24,000 nucleotides of DNA from an uncultured Clostridiaceae bacterium (GTDB taxonomy: Bacteria; Bacillota; Clostridia; Clostridiales; Clostridiaceae): contig CAWAAR010000003.1 in assembly GCA_963780135.1 (NCBI GenBank), positions 3,709,701-3,733,700 of the forward strand, given 5' to 3'. Below the pieces are notes generated by a model that saw nothing but the letters and a program-made list of their open reading frames with translations, searched no databases and was not told the origin of the DNA. Shown in pieces: positions 1-9,541 of the stretch (position 1 is its first letter; each line of letters opens with the position of its first letter). Both the position numbers and the translations under genes were made by a program.

Positions 1-292
1 CAGCATCTGGATTTACCGTTTCTAACATCTCTACTACAATACAATCTTTTGGAAAACCTTCAATAACTTCTGGCCTTAAAAGATCTTTATCAAAATTTAT
101 AAATGCTGGCTTTCCTTCTGTAATCTTATCAAATCCTATAATTGAAAAACTATTTTTAATTACATCTAAAGTTGGATTTGAATTTTCTATAGAAATAAAT
201 TTATTGATATTGTTATTTCTAAAAAGAAGTTCATACGCTATTACCTGTTTGTTTATATCAAATATTGCTTGTCTAGCTACATATACTTCCAT
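1..292 (-). CDS. EAL/HDOD (YuxH-like) signalling protein, N-terminal fragment cut by window edge
   Basis: Reverse-strand translation from ATG at 292: MEVYVARQAIFDINKQVIAYELLFRNNNINKF...GKPAFINFDKDLLRPEVIEGFPKDCIVVEMLETVNPDA; typical start of YuxH-type EAL-HDOD proteins. Absent from the ORF track because it runs off the edge. Confidence 0.75.
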   Translation of the reverse strand, partial: MEVYVARQAIFDINKQVIAYELLFRNNNINKFISIENSNPTLDVIKNSFSIIGFDKITEGKPAFINFDKDLLRPEVIEGFPKDCIVVEMLETVNPDA

Positions 293-394
293 TTTACATA
301 CTCCTAAACTAATATTTTTTTATTACATTAAAAATTCTCTAATCATTGATTGGTATAACTTTTTTAAAGTATTCATTTATTTTTCTATTTTAAA

Positions 395-1450
395 TCAGCT
401 TATTATCACGCAGTTCCCACCATTATTTTTAGCTTTATAAAGTGCTCTATCTGCTCGTTTAAACCAGCATTCAAAAGATTCTGACTTTCGTCTTTCAGCT
501 ACACCTATACTAGCAGTTACTTGTCCCATATTTGGATACAAAGTTGACATAATAGATTGGCGCAATTTTTCTGCTAATATACGTCCTCTACTTAAATCTA
601 TTTGTGGTGCTAATATGGCAAATTCATCTCCACCCCATCTTGCAAATATATCATATTCACTGATTAATTTAATGCCTATATCTGCTACCTTCATCAAAAC
701 CTTATCCCCGGCGTCATGTCCACAAATATCATTAACACTTTTAAATTGATCTATATCTAAAAGAATTAATGTAAGTGGATCACTGTTGCTATTAGGTTCT
801 TCTATCTTTTCTATTATCTTTTTCTCAAAGAAATATCGATTATACAAATTAGTCACTTTGTCAGTAATAGCAATATTTTTTAGATGTTTGTTTTTATCAA
901 ACAATTCTTTCGTTAATCTAGATAGCTTTTTTTCTGACTCTCTCAAATTTTTAATAACTTCATTTTTTTCATGGATTTCATTTTTTAATCTTAATTCAAA
1001 TTTTTTTCTTTCTGTTAAATCTCTCGATACACCTAAAATATCCACATAATTTGTCTTTTCATTAAATACAAGTTTTGTAGATATTTCTATTGTCTTTATT
1101 TTTCCATCCTTACAGTATTGTTGAAACTCATCAATGCTGGATAAGATTTCTGAACTTTTGCTCCCTTCTAAAAACTCCTGTATTCTTTTTTCATTAATAA
1201 TTATTGATATCTTTTCTAAAGATTCTGGTGTTAATGAATCTTTAAGTTTTTCTTTCATTGCTTCGTTAGCATCTATTCCTCGTAAATCGATAATAGAAGG
1301 ACTAATATATTTAAAACACTTATTTGCTAAATCAAATAGCCATATACATTCAACTGTGTTTTCCACAATTAATTTATATATTTCAATACTTTCTAAACTA
1401 TCTTCTCCTTCACATTCTCTATTTTTTATTTTCTTATTTAAAATTTTCAT
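395..1450 (-). CDS. PAS-GGDEF diguanylate cyclase
   Basis: PAS-like N-terminus, coiled segment, then ITDKVTNLYNRYFFEKK...ARWGGDEFAILAP...ADRALYKAKNNGGN; intact GGDEF motif. Confidence 0.9.
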   Translation of the reverse strand: MKILNKKIKNRECEGEDSLESIEIYKLIVENTVECIWLFDLANKCFKYISPSIIDLRGIDANEAMKEKLKDSLTPESLEKISIIINEKRIQEFLEGSKSSEILSSIDEFQQYCKDGKIKTIEISTKLVFNEKTNYVDILGVSRDLTERKKFELRLKNEIHEKNEVIKNLRESEKKLSRLTKELFDKNKHLKNIAITDKVTNLYNRYFFEKKIIEKIEEPNSNSDPLTLILLDIDQFKSVNDICGHDAGDKVLMKVADIGIKLISEYDIFARWGGDEFAILAPQIDLSRGRILAEKLRQSIMSTLYPNMGQVTASIGVAERRKSESFECWFKRADRALYKAKNNGGNCVIIS

Positions 1451-1716
1451 TTTAGTAACCTACCTTAACTATAGCTTGTCCTTTTGCTGCTTAGTTTTAT
1501 ACCAAACAGTAAATTTGTTTCTAAAATTTAAAATCCGTTTTTTATGCACCTAAACTAGCCAAAATAAACATCCACATAACTATTGTTTTTACCTATTAAT
1601 ACTAATACCATAAATTTATTAAAAAACTCTTCCACTTTACATAAGCAAGCTCTCTTATGTAAAAAAACTAGTATAGCTAGATATATCATCATATGCAATA
1701 GAAGTATCCTGGTAGT

Positions 1717-1767
1717 TAAAAAAAGTGATTAGTATATGTTAATTTTCAAAATATATACTAACCACTT
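1717..1767 (-). terminator. Rho-independent terminator for the 1771-4550 transducer genes
   Basis: Minus-strand AGTGGTTAGTATAT ... ATATACTAATCACT followed by a T run (one G-T wobble), starting 4 nt after the stop codon. Confidence 0.8.
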
Positions 1768-1770
1768 ATT

Positions 1771-2817
1771 TTATTTATGAGAGTTTGCTAAACCATTCAG
1801 CTCTTCTGTCAGTTCTGTAACTTCCTGTAAATTTGCAGTAACTTCTTGAATTGCAGCCGATTGCTGCTCTGTGGTTTCTAGTGTGGACTTAGACGATTCC
1901 ATAGTTTTATCCACCGATTCATGTATCTTACCTGTAAGTTCTGATATTTTTAAAGCTGTTTGCTTAGAGTTTTGAGATAACTTACCTATTTCTTTTGCAA
2001 CAACACCAAAACCCCTTCCTGCTTCTCCTGCTCTAGCTGCTTCTATGGATGCATTTAATCCAAGCATTTTAGTTTGGTCCGCTATGCTTTTTATTGAATC
2101 AAGTATTGAGTTAATTTCCGTAGATATATCTTTTACATTAACTATCTCTTGACTTAAAATATGTTGATTATTTGTAACATTAACTGATGATGCTGATAGT
2201 TCTTCCATAGTTGCTGAAATTTGATTAAAATTATCAGAAAGCACTCGAGACATGCTTTTTATTTTTAATTCTTCATATCCTGTTTTCGACAATGCATTGG
2301 CTATAATATACAGTACCTCTGCAGCTGCTTTCACGCTTTTTTCAGTAGTAACTTTTACTTTATTTACTACTTCCACATATCCATCTTCATTAACACCTAT
2401 TTCTTTTGCCGCTTCTCTATATTTTGATTCATTAGGTTTAGAAGTCAATAATTGTCCTCCTAAAATTGTTCCAATTTGCTTACCTTCTATTAATATAGGT
2501 GCAGCAAAATCAATTAGTCCTGCATGACAAGTGTAAACACATGGTCTTCCTGTTTTTGCAGCTTCTTCTCCGCCTTTTCTGTGAGATTCAGCACATCTAT
2601 CATAACCTACTTTAGTAGACTGTGTGAACTTCATACAAAAATCTGTATATGAACTAGGTTTAGTTACTGGATTTCCATTAACATCTACTGTTATACTAGC
2701 AATATCCATACTTTCTGAAAAATTGTCTTGAAATTTTTGAAGCAGTTCAATATCAATAACATCTTTTATTTCAAGTAAATTCAAATCAAAATCATTACCA
2801 TTAATTATTTTTAACAT
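1771..2817 (-). CDS. Soluble methyl-accepting-type transducer with PocR-like N-terminal sensor
   Basis: N-term: [55 protein letters not shown] (PocR-like). C-term: [32 protein letters not shown] (MCP signalling tip). No TM segment. The ORF-track start is a TTG inside the GGAG RBS; ATG at 2817 (MLKIIN) fits better. Confidence 0.85.
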   Translation of the reverse strand: MLKIINGNDFDLNLLEIKDVIDIELLQKFQDNFSESMDIASITVDVNGNPVTKPSSYTDFCMKFTQSTKVGYDRCAESHRKGGEEAAKTGRPCVYTCHAGLIDFAAPILIEGKQIGTILGGQLLTSKPNESKYREAAKEIGVNEDGYVEVVNKVKVTTEKSVKAAAEVLYIIANALSKTGYEELKIKSMSRVLSDNFNQISATMEELSASSVNVTNNQHILSQEIVNVKDISTEINSILDSIKSIADQTKMLGLNASIEAARAGEAGRGFGVVAKEIGKLSQNSKQTALKISELTGKIHESVDKTMESSKSTLETTEQQSAAIQEVTANLQEVTELTEELNGLANSHK

Positions 2818-2852
2818 AATAAACTTCTCCAATACAATAAAATTATTTAACC

Positions 2853-4550
2853 TTAGAGTTTAAATTTATTTAACTCTTTTGTTAATTGCTCTGCTGAACT
2901 AGTTAAACTTTGTGCAGTTTCAGATACAGAACCTGCAGAATTTTTCATCTCATGTGATGAAGCTGCAATTTCCTCTGCTGCTGCTGAATTTTCTTCTGAT
3001 ACAGCACTAGTATTCTCTATTTTCGATGCTACTGGCACCATATCACTATCCAATTTACTAATACCTACTGAAACCTTTTGTATATCAGGTATTATAATCT
3101 CTACAGCATCTATAATAGATTTAAATGAGTCTACAGCTGTATTTATTGTTGTTACTTCATTATTTAACTGTTTATTAACATCACCTGAGGTTTTTGCTAA
3201 ATTAGATGTCTCAGATGACACATTATTTAATAATCCACTAATTGTGTCAGAAGAATTTTTACTTTGATCTGCTAGCTTTCGGATTTCATCAGCTACCACA
3301 GAAAAGCCTCTTCCTGATTCTCCTGCCCTAGCAGCCTCAATTGCTGCATTAAGTGCAAGCAAATTTGTCTGTTCTGATATACTATTTATTAAGCTTGTTA
3401 TCTCATTAGCTTGATTTATGCTTATTTGAAGCTGTTTTATTCTATTTATTATTCCTTCAAAAGAATTGCTAATATTATTTAAGGATTCAACTAATCTTTC
3501 TAACTGCTTATTGCTTGTATTTGCCATACTGCCAATATTTCCTGTTACACTATTAGCTTCACCAATTAAAGTAGCAAACTCTTTTAGGGAAAAACCAAAT
3601 TCCTTTATAGAATCATTTACAAACATAAGTTCACCTGCCTGTTCAGTAGAACCATTAGCTACTTCTTCAATTGCTCCTGCAACCTCATCAGAGGTTGAAA
3701 ACATTTCTTCTGAAAGTGCATATAAACTCGATGCTCCTTGATCAATAGTGCAAGCAGTAGTTGTTATATTTCCTAATAAAGCTGCTATAGAATTTCTCAT
3801 ACTAAATAGCTGTTTATTCATATTGCCGAATTCTGTATTTGAAGAAGTATCTATTTCTGATGTAAAATCTCCTGAAGCTATTGTCTTTATAGTATTTGTC
3901 ATCTCATTTAAAAGCAATTTTAAATTAGAAACAAACAATACAGATATAAATAATAATAATAAAGTAGAAATAATTGCAACTATTATAAATGCTCTGTTAG
4001 AATAAATGGACTCTTTTTTATATTCTATGGTTTCAGCTGCTATAAGAGAGTTTTTATTTGCTATAGCACTTTTTATCCCTTCAGTAATGGAAGTCCCTTT
4101 CTTTGTAATTTGATCAGTCTGATTCTTAGTTATTTCAAGTCCTGATTTTTTTCTATTCTTCTCCTCATTATATATACTCATATAACTTGTATAATTATTT
4201 TCTATCTGTTTTACTTTTGCTGATTCATTATTATCTAATCCTATAGCTTTTATCTTTGTAAAACAGTCTTTCATTCTAGCATCTTCATTTTCAACATCCT
4301 TAATTTGTTCCTCTGAATAAGGTCTGTCAATAAATCTAGTCATGTATATCCTTAGTTCATTAAAATTTCCATTTATATCCCCATATCTCTCTATTACAGC
4401 AACATCACTAGAACTTAATTTAGTATAGTATTTATTAAGTTTTGAAGACGTTGTAAAACTAATAACTCCTATAAAGCTCAATGCTATAAATGATATAAGT
4501 ATCAAAGCCATAGTTCCCTGAATTAATTTTATTTTCTTTCTCAATTTCAT
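2853..4550 (-). CDS. Methyl-accepting chemotaxis protein (4-helix-bundle sensor, TM, HAMP, MCP signal domain)
   Basis: Two TM segments, HAMP region, [34 protein letters not shown] hairpin tip. ATG at 4550 (MKLRKK) preceded by GAAGGGG is preferred over the ORF-track ATG at 4571. Confidence 0.9.
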   Translation of the reverse strand: MKLRKKIKLIQGTMALILISFIALSFIGVISFTTSSKLNKYYTKLSSSDVAVIERYGDINGNFNELRIYMTRFIDRPYSEEQIKDVENEDARMKDCFTKIKAIGLDNNESAKVKQIENNYTSYMSIYNEEKNRKKSGLEITKNQTDQITKKGTSITEGIKSAIANKNSLIAAETIEYKKESIYSNRAFIIVAIISTLLLLFISVLFVSNLKLLLNEMTNTIKTIASGDFTSEIDTSSNTEFGNMNKQLFSMRNSIAALLGNITTTACTIDQGASSLYALSEEMFSTSDEVAGAIEEVANGSTEQAGELMFVNDSIKEFGFSLKEFATLIGEANSVTGNIGSMANTSNKQLERLVESLNNISNSFEGIINRIKQLQISINQANEITSLINSISEQTNLLALNAAIEAARAGESGRGFSVVADEIRKLADQSKNSSDTISGLLNNVSSETSNLAKTSGDVNKQLNNEVTTINTAVDSFKSIIDAVEIIIPDIQKVSVGISKLDSDMVPVASKIENTSAVSEENSAAAEEIAASSHEMKNSAGSVSETAQSLTSSAEQLTKELNKFKL

Positions 4551-4669
4551 TTGTTTATCCCCTTCATGCATTTTGTTTTGTAAATTTATATAGTTTAAAA
4601 TGATAGTATAAGACCAAAATTGTTTTCTACAAAATTATCCTTATTAATTCAAAAAAGCTGTTTAGTATG

Positions 4670-4719
4670 TAGAAAAAAGGATAATCGTGTATCCTTGTTT
4701 ACTATACACAATTATCCTT
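4670..4719 (-). terminator. Rho-independent terminator downstream of the AraC-type response regulator
   Basis: Minus-strand AAGGATAATTGTGTAT ... ATACACGATTATCCTT followed by TTTT; 16-bp stem with wobble. Confidence 0.8.
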
Positions 4720-4770
4720 ATTAATTTAATGAAAAATATCATGTTCTTACCCTGAAATTTGTTAGATTAT
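4718..4770. repeat. Copy 1 of an intergenic direct repeat flanking the AraC-type regulator gene
   Basis: ttattaatttaatgaaaaatatcatgttcttaccctgaaatttgttagattat, near-identical to 6026-6080. Confidence 0.85.
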
Positions 4771-4816
4771 ATGTAAAACCTATTTAGAAAAATATCTAAA
4801 ATGTTAGTGTTCTCAT

Positions 4817-5923
4817 CTAATTTGTTTTAGATATGCACTCACATTTAAAATTTGATGGTGATGTTCCTGTATATTTTTTAAATAATTTACCAAAATATTC
4901 AACATCTTTATATCCTAATTTATCAGCAATCTCATAATTTTTCATATTTCTATCCACCAATAACATTTTTGCTCTTTCCATTTTAACCATGGTTATATAC
5001 TCAACAAGAGATATTCCTGTATTTTTTTTGTATACTGTACTTAGATAGGAGCTATTTAAAAACATTTTATCTGCAATATTTCTAACAGAAATTTCAGTAT
5101 CAGTATTTTCAAGAACTACTTTGCATATTTGCCTGGTCATACTATTGACTGCGTTTCCAAAATCAAACTTTTTGACATTTATAATAAGCTCATTTATTAT
5201 TTGCAAAAAAGTTGTTCTGCTACCAGAAAAGTCAGAACACCTTGTAAAATCAATATCAATATACTTTGAAATATTTATAAACTTATGTAACCATGGATAT
5301 ATTCGCTCCATGTCTTCAATTAAATCTTCTACCATTTTATTTAAAACGTATGCCATTTTCATGGAATCATAATTAATAGCAGCAGCTGTAGTTTCAACTA
5401 AATTTGAAGCTACTTCAAGTACTCTTAAATCTGCATCCTTAAATAATCTGATTACTTTCTCGAGATCTTCTCTTTTATATAAAGTTTCTATTTTTTCTTC
5501 AAGCTGAACTTCCAAATTTTCGATTTTTTCCTTTTCCAGTCTTTTTGCAGTTATGTATTTTGAAGTCCTCTGCAGTAAATACTCCATTTTTTCCTCATCA
5601 ACAGGTTTTACAATATAATCAAAAGCTCCATATACAAGACCTTGCCTTGCATACTCAAACTCAGTATATTCACTTAAAAAAATAACACAAAGGCATAATT
5701 CTTTTTGGATAACCTTTTTCAAAAGATCTACACCATCCATAATTGGCATTTTTATGTCTGTGATTATAAGATCTACAGTTCTTTTTTCTAGCTTTTTAAG
5801 AGCTTCTTGTCCATTTTTAGCTTCATCTACAATAACAAATCCAGTTTGATCACCCCATACTTTTAATCTTTTTAGCTCTCTTCTCATAATTTCCATATCA
5901 TCTACAATCATAACCTGAAACAA
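4817..5923 (-). CDS. Response regulator with AraC-family HTH output (YesN-like)
   Basis: Receiver MIVDDMEIMRREL..LIITDIKMPIMDGVDLL..FDYIVKPVDEEKM; C-terminal AraC HTH RNIADKMFLNSSYLSTVYKKNTGISLVEYITMVKMERAKMLL..KLGYKDVEYFGKLFKKYTGTSPSNFK. TTG start after AGAGGTGAGG. Confidence 0.9.
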   Translation of the reverse strand: MFQVMIVDDMEIMRRELKRLKVWGDQTGFVIVDEAKNGQEALKKLEKRTVDLIITDIKMPIMDGVDLLKKVIQKELCLCVIFLSEYTEFEYARQGLVYGAFDYIVKPVDEEKMEYLLQRTSKYITAKRLEKEKIENLEVQLEEKIETLYKREDLEKVIRLFKDADLRVLEVASNLVETTAAAINYDSMKMAYVLNKMVEDLIEDMERIYPWLHKFINISKYIDIDFTRCSDFSGSRTTFLQIINELIINVKKFDFGNAVNSMTRQICKVVLENTDTEISVRNIADKMFLNSSYLSTVYKKNTGISLVEYITMVKMERAKMLLVDRNMKNYEIADKLGYKDVEYFGKLFKKYTGTSPSNFKCECISKTN

Positions 5924-6025
5924 TCTGCCTCACCTCTTTTACTGACAATTATCAAACCATACTAAAATCTTCTAAAATTTATGTATTGAATTTTATTTTA
6001 CTGTTAATATTATACTAATTTTTAC

Positions 6026-6080
6026 TTATTAATTTAAATGAAAAATATCATGTTTTTATCCTGATTTTTGTTGGATTTTA
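6026..6080. repeat. Copy 2 of the intergenic direct repeat, upstream of the AraC-type regulator gene
   Basis: ttattaatttaaatgaaaaatatcatgtttttatcctgatttttgttggatttta; same orientation as copy 1, about 1.3 kb away. Confidence 0.85.
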
Positions 6081-6094
6081 TTATAATTTGTCAT

Positions 6095-7222
6095 TTAGTC
6101 AGTAATATTAGGTAAAGTGAAATATACTGTTGCTCCTTCATTTAATTTACCCTCAATCCAAGTTTTTCCTCCATGCTTTTGAACTATTTTACGAACAGCA
6201 GCAAGTCCTATTCCACTCCCCTCAAATTCATCTGAGGAATGTAAACGCTCAAATATTCGAAATAATTTTCCTGAGAACTCCATATCAATACCCACACCAT
6301 TATCCTTTACATAGAAAACATACTCACTAACACCTCTTTTGCATCCAGCAATTATAAGTGCTTTTTCTCTATTTCCAGTAAATTTTATGGCATTGGAAAT
6401 TATATTATAAATTACTTGTTTTATCATAATTACATCTGCAAAAACAAGAGGCATTCCTGTTTCAAATTCAAATTCAATGGCTCTTTTTGAATAAATTGAT
6501 TTAAGTTCTTTAAAAGCCGAAGTGAACATTTCACTTATATTTACACTTTCTTTGCATATCTCTAGACGATTAGTTGTTGAATATTGTAGTAATTTTCCAA
6601 CCATAGTAATCATATCTCTACATATATCTTTTATATTAGAAACCATTTCACTAGCATCTTTATCTAGTAATGTCCTATAATCTTCAAGAATTATTTTGCT
6701 GTATCCTTGAATAGCCCTTAAGGGTGATTTTAAATCATGAGACACAGTATATGAAAAAGATTCAAGTTCATTAACAGCAGCTTCAAGCTCTAATTTTTTT
6801 TCTTCAAGAATTTCATTGCGCTGTGCTAACTCATACTGAGCAAGCTTCAACGACAAATGAGTATGTACCCTAGCTTTAACTTCAAGAATTTCAAAAGGTT
6901 TAGTTATATAGTCAACAGCACCTAATTCAAAACATTTTGTTTTACTGATTATATCTGTCATGGCAGTTAAAAAAATTATAGGTATGTCTTTTGCTAATTT
7001 ATTTTCTTTGATTCTCTTACATACTTCATATCCATCCATAATAGGCATCATAATATCTAATAAAATTATATCTGGAATCTCTATTTCTAAACTTTCTAAT
7101 GCAGATTTTCCATCCGTTGCAACTGAAATTTCATAATCATCACCAAAAGCTTCTACAAGAATATCAATATTTTCTTCTGTATCATCAACAATCAGCACTG
7201 TACACTCTGAAAGTTCTTTCAT
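6095..7222 (-). CDS. Receiver-histidine kinase protein (REC-HisKA-HATPase_c)
   Basis: MKELSECTVLIVDDTEENIDILVEAFGDDY..IILLDIMMPIMDGYE..; YTVSHDLKSPLRAIQGYS (H-box); NIISNAIKFTG (N-box); FYVKDNGVGIDMEF; GSGIGLAAVRKIVQKHGG. Start codon overlaps the stop of the upstream gene (TAATG). Confidence 0.93.
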   Translation of the reverse strand: MKELSECTVLIVDDTEENIDILVEAFGDDYEISVATDGKSALESLEIEIPDIILLDIMMPIMDGYEVCKRIKENKLAKDIPIIFLTAMTDIISKTKCFELGAVDYITKPFEILEVKARVHTHLSLKLAQYELAQRNEILEEKKLELEAAVNELESFSYTVSHDLKSPLRAIQGYSKIILEDYRTLLDKDASEMVSNIKDICRDMITMVGKLLQYSTTNRLEICKESVNISEMFTSAFKELKSIYSKRAIEFEFETGMPLVFADVIMIKQVIYNIISNAIKFTGNREKALIIAGCKRGVSEYVFYVKDNGVGIDMEFSGKLFRIFERLHSSDEFEGSGIGLAAVRKIVQKHGGKTWIEGKLNEGATVYFTLPNITD

Positions 7223-9519
7223 TATATTTCCTCCCCTTTAAGATTATTCATTAATACTTCAAGTATATCAAGTGCTTCCTTAAATTTATATTTCAAAACA
7301 AACCTCTCAATTTCTGCAGCATTTTTTTGGATTTCTACCGGCCATACTAATTTTCTATATTCTTTCATAACTTCAGCACATTTTTTAGGTTTTCGAGTTT
7401 TCAAATAAGGTTTAAGCTCATTCATAATTTTTAATATTTCATTTTTGGATGAAACATTACCAGTTACCATAGCCACCTGCTCATCTTCTGGAAGTACACT
7501 TTCAAGAGCTTTTATCATTTTACTAAGCATAACACTTGTCTCTCTCAACATGGTGTTAAGTATATCAGAAGAAATCCTTTTTTTAATGGCCTCTTCTAAA
7601 CTAGCTGCCTTTTCCTGAATAACCACAGCACCAATAGTTCCAGATACCCCCTTTAAAGTGTGCGCAATACGTTCTGCAGTAAGAAAGTCCCCCTCTGAAA
7701 TCACTTTTTCAATTTGCATAATTGCATCCTTTTGTCCTAACACATATTTTTTCAATAAATTTATATATGATTTTTTCTTTCCAAGTACCCTTCTTAACCC
7801 AAGTGATGTATCAAGTCCAGGAATGCCTACTACAAAGTCATCTGAACATGTATTTACTGAAGCTTTAAATTTTACTTTTTCAGTACTTACTTTTCTAAAT
7901 GGAATCCATTTTAAAAGTATTGAAAACAACTGATTAGGATCTATAGGTTTAGATATATAATCATTCATACCTGCTTGTATACACTTATTCTGATCATTGG
8001 TCATTACATTAGCAGTCATTGCAATAATAGGTAATGCTAATCTCTTTATATTTCTTCTAATTTCTTTTGTTGCTGTTACACCATCCATTACTGGCATCTG
8101 CATGTCCATAAGTACAATATCGTATTTATTCTCCCTAACTTTATCCACTGCAATTTTTCCATTTTTAGCAAAATCTATTGAAAACTCGCCTTCTTGTAAT
8201 AGGTCAACTGCAACCTGCACATTTAGTTCATTATCTTCCACTAATAATATCCGGGCTCCACTGATTACTGTAAGAGATTCATTGTTTTTTAAAGGTTCAT
8301 CCATCTTTTGTGTTGCTTTACCAATACCAAGTTTTGCAGTAAACCAAAAAGTACTTCCTATTCCAAGTTCAGTTTCAACTCCAACCTGGCCTTCCATTAG
8401 AGTTGCCAATTCTTTAGAAATAGCAAGCCCCAGACCTGTACCTCCATACTTTCTAGTTATAGAAGTATCGGCCTGTTGAAAGGATTGAAAAAGTTCACCT
8501 TTTTGTTCTTCAGTCATACCAAGTCCTGTATCCTGAACCTCAAACTTTATTACACACTGATCAAGTAATTCTTCTTCTTTGCGAATTCTTACAACTATTT
8601 GTCCTTTTTCAGTGAATTTAACTGCATTGCTTACATAATTAATAAGAATTTGTCCTACTCTTAAGGGATCACCGCATAAATTCTTTGGTAATTCAGTATC
8701 TAAATCAAAGATTAGTTGAAGACCCTTTGAAGCACATTTGTCACCAATAAGATTTTCTAGATTATCTAGTACCTCAGCCAGTTTAAAACTGGTTTTCTCA
8801 ATTTTAAGCTTTCCTGCTTCGATTTTAGAAAAGTCCAATATATCATTTATTACACCTAACAAATGCTGATTGGATTGGGATATCTTGTTAATATAATCCC
8901 TTTGTTTGGTATTTAGATCTGTTTTTTCAATTAAATAAGTCATTCCCATAATAGCATTTATTGGAGTTCGAATTTCATGACTCATATTTGCTAAAAAATC
9001 CGACTTCGTTTTAGCAGCCTCCTCAGCACGTTCCTTAGCATCCCTTAATTCTTCTGCTTGTACTAGCAATTTATCATTCTTTTTTTTAAGCTCAACCATA
9101 AGTTCTTGTCTTGATGGTATGGATAGTACTTTTTTTAACTCTTCTATTTCTTCTTTACTAATAGAAAATTTCATATCTTTTATGTAAGAAAATGCTTCTA
9201 TAATTAATGAATTATCCTCTAATTTCCTTATAAAGTAATTATCAAAAATTTCATTACCAAATTCAAGATTCTCTTTAGTTACTATTTTCGATAATTTAAA
9301 TAATAAAGCTTTTTTTTCATATATATCTGTTATAAAAATTGAAATCAGTATATCTTTATTATTGCAATAACATCTACGACATATTTCCGATATAGCAACT
9401 TCAATTCTTGTGGTTTTTATATCAGTATACCCAAAGCTTGTAACTAGTCCTCGTATTTTCTTTCTAGCTTCAATTATAGAATCGATGTTCATTATTTTGA
9501 GAATGCCTAATTCAATCAT
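7222..9519 (-). CDS. Hybrid sensor histidine kinase: degenerate RsbT-like N-term, HisKA, HATPase_c, REC, HPt
   Basis: MSHEIRTPINAIMGM (H-box); GDPLRVGQILINYVSNAVKFTEKG; RILLVEDNELNVQVA..DIVLMDMQMPVMDG (REC); AERIAHTLKGVSGTIGA (HPt). N-term IDSIIEARKKIRGLVTSFGYTDIKTTRIEVAISEICRR resembles the RsbT kinase fold start. Confidence 0.92.
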   Translation of the reverse strand: MIELGILKIMNIDSIIEARKKIRGLVTSFGYTDIKTTRIEVAISEICRRCYCNNKDILISIFITDIYEKKALLFKLSKIVTKENLEFGNEIFDNYFIRKLEDNSLIIEAFSYIKDMKFSISKEEIEELKKVLSIPSRQELMVELKKKNDKLLVQAEELRDAKERAEEAAKTKSDFLANMSHEIRTPINAIMGMTYLIEKTDLNTKQRDYINKISQSNQHLLGVINDILDFSKIEAGKLKIEKTSFKLAEVLDNLENLIGDKCASKGLQLIFDLDTELPKNLCGDPLRVGQILINYVSNAVKFTEKGQIVVRIRKEEELLDQCVIKFEVQDTGLGMTEEQKGELFQSFQQADTSITRKYGGTGLGLAISKELATLMEGQVGVETELGIGSTFWFTAKLGIGKATQKMDEPLKNNESLTVISGARILLVEDNELNVQVAVDLLQEGEFSIDFAKNGKIAVDKVRENKYDIVLMDMQMPVMDGVTATKEIRRNIKRLALPIIAMTANVMTNDQNKCIQAGMNDYISKPIDPNQLFSILLKWIPFRKVSTEKVKFKASVNTCSDDFVVGIPGLDTSLGLRRVLGKKKSYINLLKKYVLGQKDAIMQIEKVISEGDFLTAERIAHTLKGVSGTIGAVVIQEKAASLEEAIKKRISSDILNTMLRETSVMLSKMIKALESVLPEDEQVAMVTGNVSSKNEILKIMNELKPYLKTRKPKKCAEVMKEYRKLVWPVEIQKNAAEIERFVLKYKFKEALDILEVLMNNLKGEEI

Positions 9520-9541
9520 TTTAACTTACCTCTTTAAAGTT

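Noticed and set aside
204-440. Plus-strand ORF of 78 aa
   Set aside because: Hydrophobic, low-complexity, overlaps the edge EAL/HDOD gene start and the GGDEF gene end on the opposite strand; no RBS or family signature.
786-1553. Plus-strand ORFs 786-1049 and 1134-1553
   Set aside because: Antisense shadows of the PAS-GGDEF gene, Phe/Ser/Leu-rich as expected for the complement of AT-rich coding DNA.
2252-4005. Plus-strand ORFs 2252-2527, 3466-3741, 3748-4005
   Set aside because: Lie entirely within the two MCP-type genes on the opposite strand; no independent support.
5121-6330. Plus-strand ORFs 5121-5372 and 6130-6330
   Set aside because: Antisense to the AraC-type regulator and REC-kinase genes.
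7658-8479. Plus-strand ORFs 7658-7933 and 7997-8479 (160 aa)
   Set aside because: Longest shadow ORFs, but they mirror the REC/HATPase coding region of the hybrid kinase and resemble no family.
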